From NCBI GenBank assembly GCA_043819075.1, contig JBDRFE010000029.1, forward strand, positions 1-61,160: a DNA stretch of 61,160 nt, in the 5' to 3' direction. Below, one piece after another: positions 55,092 to 61,160 of this stretch. The notes beneath the pieces are model-generated. The model did no database searches. It saw only the letters and a program-made list of their open reading frames with translations, and was not told where the DNA came from. Every line of letters starts with the position of its first letter. Position 1 is the stretch's first letter. This DNA is from an archaeon (GTDB lineage: Archaea > Iainarchaeota > Iainarchaeia > Iainarchaeales > 1-14-0-10-31-34). The position numbers and the translations under genes were made by a program.

Positions 55092-55385
55092 TTAATTCCC
55101 TCCTGTTACCTGATTGCAATAAACACACTCGTTTGATTCAGTGATATACCAGCCTTCCCCTAATTCACTGTTTCCCTTGAAATAAATATGAAGGTTTCCT
55201 TTTTCATCGCAGAACGCATCCTTGTTTTCTCCTGTGAACTTATAGCAGGGTTTTTGGTTTAATTCAAGCAACAGGTTTCCTGTACTGCTCAAGTAAATCA
55301 CTGAAAAAAATCCTGCAATAAAACCCAAAGCTAATGCAAGGAAAGTAAATTTTATCGGAATCCCGCTTTTGTTTTTAAAAAACAT
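55092..55385 (-). CDS. Small membrane-anchored protein, possible class III signal peptide
   Basis: KNKSG followed by hydrophobic stretch; four Cys in the tail. Confidence 0.6.
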   Translation of the reverse strand: MFFKNKSGIPIKFTFLALALGFIAGFFSVIYLSSTGNLLLELNQKPCYKFTGENKDAFCDEKGNLHIYFKGNSELGEGWYITESNECVYCNQVTGGN

Positions 55386-55398
55386 TTTTTTTTCTCCT

Positions 55399-58300
55399 TT
55401 AAATGTCAAAAGTAAAGAAAACATATGCTAGTGCAGCTGAAACAACAATTATTGCTGCTCCAATTCCCCATGGCACAAGATTTTCTTCTTTTTTGCAGTC
55501 AGGGTCGTTTTCACAGCTTTCATCGCATACATCATCTTTTTCTTCACTGCATGAATTTAATTCTATTTCAGCTGTATTCGAGTAATTGCTTGTTTTTCCG
55601 TCAATTGAAGCCCTGATTCTGTAAGAATACTTGTTTCCTTTTTCAACTCCACTGTCTTCAAAAGAGTTTTCTGTGGCTGTTGCAATTTGTTCAAAGGATG
55701 CATCATTTATTTTTCTTTGGATTATATAATAATCTGGTTTAGGTGAAGTGTGGTTCCATTGCAGTGAAACATTGTTTCCATCCATTGAAGCAGTCAATCC
55801 TGTTGGAGCCTGAACGCTTACAGGTCCTTTTGTTGTTGCTTCAACTTCACTTGAATAACTGCTTGTGTTTCCGCTGTTATCTGTTGCAGTTAATGCAATA
55901 AAATATTTTATTGAACCGCTTAACCCTGTAATGGTAAGGCTTGTTTCATTCTTTAATGCGGTTTCATCAAAGTCATAGTTTCTTGGGTTTCTTCCAAAAT
56001 AAACAGTGTATTTTTTTAAATCTGGTTCAGTGTTTGGAGTCCATTCAACTGTAATGCTGTTTTCTGTTGTTCTCATAACATTTAATCCAATTGGTTTTGC
56101 TGGTGCAGTTACATCGCTTGAATCACAGCTTTCATTACAGTTTCCTTCTTCTTCATCTAAACAACTATTGCATTTAGTGCAGTAAGTAGAAGAATTTTTT
56201 TCAGAGTAAGTCCATGTTCCTGTGTTACAGGAGCAACTGCTGTTGCATGTAACGCTTCTGGTTCCATATTTTTGGTTAGTGTAATCGCAGTTTCCTCTGG
56301 CATTGGATGAATAGCATTCTGCATCTAATTCGCATTCTTCTCCTGTTTCGCGTATTCCGTTGCCACACACTGGCACTGAACTTTTGTTGTTTACTTGAAT
56401 CATAATATAATCGTCGTCAGTGTTTCCAGCTAAATCCTCTGCAATGGCTTTGATTGTGTGTGAACCATTTGAAACACTAGAGGAACTCCAAGAGTATTCG
56501 TAAGAAGAAGTAGTGTCATTTGCTTTTAGCACATCATCAACATAAAATCTTACTTCTTTTATTCCGGTTTCATTGTCTGTTGCATCAGCTGAAATATTTA
56601 CTGTTCCGCTTACTATCTGGCTTTCTTGTGGCTGGGTTATTGTTACTGTTGGATTAACTGAATCTGTTTCAGCTGTAATTACAATTGATTTATCCGAAAA
56701 AGCTGTTCTGTTATTGCTGTCAGTTACAGTAACCCTTAAAACAGCTGTTCCTGCTGTAGTACAGCTAACTGAAGGATTCTGAATTGTTGTGCTTGTTAAA
56801 CTGCATCCCGTCGGATTGGTTGTTATCTGCCAAGAAAAACTTGTTGAGCCAATAAAATATTGTGGCACTGCATTCAGTGAAACTGCCTGATTCCTTAAAG
56901 CAGTTGATGGCCCAGTAATGCTTACTCCTAATTTTGGATAAGCTTTTGCTGTAGCAGAAGAACCACTGCATCCAATTGAATTGCATGCCTTAACTGAATA
57001 AGAATGTTCTATTGCATTAGTTGTTCCAGCTGAAGTTGCATGAGTAACAGAATTTGTTGTTGAATTAAGTGTTCCTGTTCCAACTGGGTTTGTTGTGCTC
57101 CAAGTTATTTCATAGCTTGTTGCTCCTGAAACAGAACTCCAGTTAACTGTTGTTTCTCCTGGCTGTGTTCCAGAAGCAGCTGTTAAATTCACCGGAATTG
57201 CAGGAATTTCTTGCGGATGGATTAAACTGAAATTCAGTGTACTGCTCTGGTAAGTGTTTGTCGGATTGGCGGTGTTTGTTGCAATTACATAAACAGTGTG
57301 TGCTCCGTCTTGTTGTCCTGCAATAGGCCAAGAGTATTCCCAGTATTCTCCTGTTGCCGGAACACTGGAATCAGTTCCTTTTAATACTCCGTCAACATAG
57401 AAATCAACTTTTAATAAGTGTGAGTCAGCGTTTGCCCCTAATGTTCCAGCTGAAGTTGCCCTGATTAATAAATCGCTTGCAATTGTCTGGCCTGTGGTTG
57501 GATTAATTATTGTCGTGAAAATATTTTGTGTTCTTGCACTTGTTTCACTTGACCACCCACTGCAGCCAGAAGCATTGCATGCCTGCACTGAATAAGTGTA
57601 AGTTGTATTGCTCAGTAATCCTGTGTGGTTATAGCTTGTTGAAGTAATATTAGTTGGAATTATTGTGTATGCAGTTGAATCTGTTTTCCATCTTAATTTA
57701 TAGTAGTCTGCTCCTGTAACTGAATTCCAGTTACTTTTGACAGTAGTGTACCCTGCCGGCAGGATGGCCCAAATGCTTGAAGGAATTCCTGGAATTGGCA
57801 CTGTGTCAACAATTGAAATTGAAGCAGAATCTGTTGCTGTTCCATTGTATGAATTCATTGTAAGCAAAACATTTATGGTTCCTGTTCCAGTGCATGTGAT
57901 TGAAGTGTTTTGTGCTGTTGAACTGGCTGTAAAAGTGCAGTTTGCCGGGTTAACTGGAATTGTCCAAGAAAAAGTTATTGGTTCTGCTGCGTAAAGTGGT
58001 GTTGAAGTTAATTGAATGACCTGGTTTTTTGGCGCACTTGATGGAGCAGTAATTTCTACTCCTGGTTTAGGGGAACCGCTGATTCCTGAAGAGAATTCAC
58101 TGCACCCTGATGCATTGCATGCTTTTATTCCATAATAGTGTTCTGCTCCATCGCTTACTGAATGAATTATTGTGTTAGTTGAAGCAGTTAATGTTCCTTT
58201 AGTGTAAGGGCTGAATCTAGCCCAGAAAACTTCATAGTATGTTGCTCCGGTTACTGTGTTCCAGTTAATTGTTATCTGCCCTACTCCAGGGCCTGAAACT

Positions 58301-58794
58301 GCTGTTGCATTTTGCGGTATTCCTGGAATTAATGGAACTGCTGCAGTGGCAATAACTGAATTTTGTGTACAGCTTCTTGAGCTGCAAGTCCATTCAGGGT
58401 AATCGCAGGAAGCATATCCTTCTATTCCAGAATTAGATGTCAGGTAATCATATGATTTTCCTGGAACAATATTTGAGTCCTCGTAAAATGTGCCTGAATT
58501 GTTTAAGTTAATCCAGGTAGTTGTTCCAGTTTCTCTTCTTTTAAGGTTTCCTGCCTGGCCAGAAATAGTTACTTCAATTTTTCCTGTTGTTGAATTAAAT
58601 GCAGCGCTTATTCCTGGAACTGTTGCAGTGCATGACTCGCCGCAAGTTGGAGCAGTTCCTTCACACGGAGGGGCTTTTCCTGTTGGAGTCAGTAAATCGG
58701 TTGAAGAAATAATTATTGCTGTTACTGCAATTATTGCTATTGCTGCTGCAATAATCAGTTCGTGCTGGCCTTTCATTTTTGTGTTCAATTTCAT
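55399..58794 (-). CDS. Large surface protein with fibronectin type III, PKD/Ig-like and Cys-rich domains
   Basis: MKGQ + hydrophobic N-terminus; five or more FN3 patterns (W..V.GA.YY, Y.Y.V.A.N..G.S); two V.FYVD Ig-like domains; CGNG..E.GEEC repeat; C-terminal TM. Confidence 0.85.
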   Translation of the reverse strand: MKLNTKMKGQHELIIAAAIAIIAVTAIIISSTDLLTPTGKAPPCEGTAPTCGESCTATVPGISAAFNSTTGKIEVTISGQAGNLKRRETGTTTWINLNNSGTFYEDSNIVPGKSYDYLTSNSGIEGYASCDYPEWTCSSRSCTQNSVIATAAVPLIPGIPQNATAVSGPGVGQITINWNTVTGATYYEVFWARFSPYTKGTLTASTNTIIHSVSDGAEHYYGIKACNASGCSEFSSGISGSPKPGVEITAPSSAPKNQVIQLTSTPLYAAEPITFSWTIPVNPANCTFTASSTAQNTSITCTGTGTINVLLTMNSYNGTATDSASISIVDTVPIPGIPSSIWAILPAGYTTVKSNWNSVTGADYYKLRWKTDSTAYTIIPTNITSTSYNHTGLLSNTTYTYSVQACNASGCSGWSSETSARTQNIFTTIINPTTGQTIASDLLIRATSAGTLGANADSHLLKVDFYVDGVLKGTDSSVPATGEYWEYSWPIAGQQDGAHTVYVIATNTANPTNTYQSSTLNFSLIHPQEIPAIPVNLTAASGTQPGETTVNWSSVSGATSYEITWSTTNPVGTGTLNSTTNSVTHATSAGTTNAIEHSYSVKACNSIGCSGSSATAKAYPKLGVSITGPSTALRNQAVSLNAVPQYFIGSTSFSWQITTNPTGCSLTSTTIQNPSVSCTTAGTAVLRVTVTDSNNRTAFSDKSIVITAETDSVNPTVTITQPQESQIVSGTVNISADATDNETGIKEVRFYVDDVLKANDTTSSYEYSWSSSSVSNGSHTIKAIAEDLAGNTDDDYIMIQVNNKSSVPVCGNGIRETGEECELDAECYSSNARGNCDYTNQKYGTRSVTCNSSCSCNTGTWTYSEKNSSTYCTKCNSCLDEEEGNCNESCDSSDVTAPAKPIGLNVMRTTENSITVEWTPNTEPDLKKYTVYFGRNPRNYDFDETALKNETSLTITGLSGSIKYFIALTATDNSGNTSSYSSEVEATTKGPVSVQAPTGLTASMDGNNVSLQWNHTSPKPDYYIIQRKINDASFEQIATATENSFEDSGVEKGNKYSYRIRASIDGKTSNYSNTAEIELNSCSEEKDDVCDESCENDPDCKKEENLVPWGIGAAIIVVSAALAYVFFTFDI

Positions 58795-58962
58795 TGTGCT
58801 CCCCTTTTCCTGCTTTCCCCAAAACAAACAAAATTATGTTTAATTCTGTATTATTACTATCTGTTTTTGTATTAAAATATATGCTTTTTTTTTAATTTGA
58901 GTTCTTTTTTTCCAGCGGAATATTTAAATAACTTAAATGGTTATTAGTTATCGGTCTTTTAA

Positions 58963-59457
58963 ATGAAGTTCAAGTTAAGCTATTCTTTTCCGGTAATAAT
59001 TGTTGTCTTTGCATTAGTTTCTGTTTTCTTTCTCTCAGAAATAGAGCCATTCAATTATGTTATTGCGGCAATAGTTTTGGTTATTGCAGGGGTAATGGCT
59101 TGGAGGATTTACTATGATTTTTCTTCTTCTCTTCCAAAAAAACAGGAAACAGGTTATGTTCCTTCATCTAAAGTAAGCAGCCTTATAAAAGAATCTCCTA
59201 AAGAAAGTAAGATGAAATTAGATGATTTTTTGAAGTCATCTCCAAAAGACTTTGAATCAGAAAAAGATTTTGAATCAGATTTTGAGAAAGAATTCAGCTT
59301 TGATTCAGGGAAAAAAGATTCACCTGATCCTTTTTCTGATGACTCTTTTGGCGACCTGAAATACAGGGAAATGAAGAATAAAGCTCTCGATGAATTAAAG
59401 AATGTGCTGAAAAAGGATCCATCCAAGAAAAAAAAAGATGAAAAAAACGATTCCTGA
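58963..59457 (+). CDS. Two-TM membrane protein with S/D/K/F low-complexity tail
   Basis: Two N-terminal TM helices; DFESEKDFESDFEKEFSFD repeats. Confidence 0.7.
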   Translation: MKFKLSYSFPVIIVVFALVSVFFLSEIEPFNYVIAAIVLVIAGVMAWRIYYDFSSSLPKKQETGYVPSSKVSSLIKESPKESKMKLDDFLKSSPKDFESEKDFESDFEKEFSFDSGKKDSPDPFSDDSFGDLKYREMKNKALDELKNVLKKDPSKKKKDEKNDS

Positions 59458-59570
59458 ATTAATCATTTTTTTTAAGGGTTTTGCGTTTCTTTTTTTAATT
59501 TTTGTTTTTTCCTGTTTAATTGATTTTTTTGCGTTTATTCTTTTATTAATTAGTTGTTTTGTTTTTTAAT

Positions 59571-60806
59571 TCATTTGCTTTTCTGGGTTAAAATATAGTG
59601 GATTGCACTGTTTGAGTCAACTGCAATGTTTAGTGTGTCTTTGTTTGGGTTGTTTCCGGTTGAATCGCTTAATAGTGTTGTGTTGCTCCAGCTTGAGTTG
59701 CTGTACAATATTTTTGTCCATGCTTTTGTTGAGTTCCATTCAGTGAATAAAAAGATTAAGTCGTTTGAAGAGTTTGAGGTTAAGCTAATGCCTCCTTCGC
59801 CTGTCCTGTACGGTGTTTGTCCTGTTTCGCTGTAATAGCCGCTGCAGTTTCCTGCATCAGAGTTAATTTTTTCTGCTGAAAACCAGTTTATTGCATCAGA
59901 TGATTTTCTGAAGTAGGCGTCTCCTAAGCTTGAGCCAGTGTAATAACAATAGCTTATTCCATAATTTCCGTCTAATGTTTTAATAAAATTTTTTGCTGCA
60001 TTAGATGGGTTTGGCAGAAAGTTTTCTGAAAGCAGTGAATGAGTTGTTTTATCCAACAAAACAAAGGCTGTTTTTGCTGGCTCTGCATCAGAGTTGTCAT
60101 CAACTGAATAGTATTGTATTCCAATATTTCCGTCTGTTGAAACTAGAATGCTTTCATTGTATAAATTCAAATCGCCAAAATTCACATCTTTTCTTGGATT
60201 AACATCTAACCTATAATAACTTGCATTGCAGTCTACTGCATTTACGTCAACACAGCTTAAATGCAGGTTTGCGTCAAAGTCCTGCCATAAACTATTATTG
60301 TCTATTAGGGTTGTTTTTGTTGAATAACCATTGAATACTGTCCTATAAGTAGGATTAGTGGCTGTTGGAGGAGTATAAACTGCATCAACCAGGATTCTTA
60401 GCTCGTAAATGCCTTGTTCTGTTATTTTTATTGTCCAGTTTAAATCATAAAATTTTCCTACCAACAAATTTGCATTTGAATCAGGGTTTGTTCCTGCAAC
60501 TAAACTAATTTTTCCTGTTGCACCAGCATTCTGCCAGTTGTTGCAGGCAATTCCTTCACACCATTGAATAAAAGAGCTTGCAGCACCACAAGTGGATTCA
60601 TTGCATTTAGTTCTCCCATTTATCATAATATTTTCATCTAATCCAAAAAAATAACCGTCTGCTTTCTGGTCATCAAAATAAATGCTCAAATAAGGATCAT
60701 CATAGTCAATACCCTGGTCTTTAATTGTTTCTTCTGGAGGCGGTTGGTCACCAAAACTATAACCCAAAAACAATACAATCAATAAAACCATTAAAATTTT
60801 TTTCAT
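59571..60806 (-). CDS. Secreted protein with BNR/beta-propeller-like C-terminal part
   Basis: Signal peptide; RKSSDAINW Asp-box-like motif; N/S/T-rich. Confidence 0.65.
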   Translation of the reverse strand: MKKILMVLLIVLFLGYSFGDQPPPEETIKDQGIDYDDPYLSIYFDDQKADGYFFGLDENIMINGRTKCNESTCGAASSFIQWCEGIACNNWQNAGATGKISLVAGTNPDSNANLLVGKFYDLNWTIKITEQGIYELRILVDAVYTPPTATNPTYRTVFNGYSTKTTLIDNNSLWQDFDANLHLSCVDVNAVDCNASYYRLDVNPRKDVNFGDLNLYNESILVSTDGNIGIQYYSVDDNSDAEPAKTAFVLLDKTTHSLLSENFLPNPSNAAKNFIKTLDGNYGISYCYYTGSSLGDAYFRKSSDAINWFSAEKINSDAGNCSGYYSETGQTPYRTGEGGISLTSNSSNDLIFLFTEWNSTKAWTKILYSNSSWSNTTLLSDSTGNNPNKDTLNIAVDSNSAIHYILTQKSK

Positions 60807-61160
60807 TGCACTTCACTCCAATAAAAATAATTCAAGTCAAACAAAGAATACATTAAATTTGAGTCCAAAGTTGAATATTCTTCTCCTGAAAACTTCCTGT
60901 AAGCATAAGCCAGTTTTCCATCCACTAAGCCTTCATCTAATACAACTGGATTAACACAATTTGTGTTTCCTCTGCAATGCGTTAACTCTATTTCTTTTTC
61001 CCATGCAGTTCCATTAAATCCTGTTAAGAAAACATTTTTGTTTGAGTTTGAATCAGAGGAAAACAAGACAATCAATTCATTTCCATTCACTGTTATCACC
61101 GGGTCAACTGAGGTTTTGCTTGAAACCAGTTCAGCTGAACTCCATCCACTTGAATACTTC
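60803..61160 (-). CDS. Partial (5'-truncated by window) beta-rich extracellular-type protein
   Basis: Frame open to the window edge (KYSSGWSSAELVSSKTSVDPVITVNG...); ATGA overlap with next gene. Confidence 0.7.
   Translation of the reverse strand, partial: KYSSGWSSAELVSSKTSVDPVITVNGNELIVLFSSDSNSNKNVFLTGFNGTAWEKEIELTHCRGNTNCVNPVVLDEGLVDGKLAYAYRKFSGEEYSTLDSNLMYSLFDLNYFYWSEVQ

Overview
AT-rich archaeal chromosomal window. The gene set (Top6A/B, aIF-1A/2beta/5A, MCM, exosome-proteasome superoperon, L15e, L37Ae) is clearly archaeal; a DPANN-type organism (possibly Iainarchaeota/Diapherotrites-like) is my inference, not shown by the sequence. Most of it is housekeeping. The standout observations are: (1) a class III ribonucleotide reductase whose glycyl-radical segment is a separate 56-aa gene missed by the ORF track; (2) a GC-rich hairpin repeat family found both at that NrdD break point and as an array flanking tRNA-Val; (3) a free-standing LAGLIDADG ORF between a relic tRNA 5' end and an intact tRNA-Ala whose first 21 nt are the end of the ORF; (4) three endonuclease-bearing inteins (Top6B, NrdD, and the Walker A motif of a MinD-family ATPase); (5) a three-part ATP-grasp + two phospho-His-swivel phosphotransfer operon; (6) a complementary pair of ThiI-like genes; (7) two conserved genes that appear to start at AUU/AUC. 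All family assignments come from motif recognition by eye; no searches were run.
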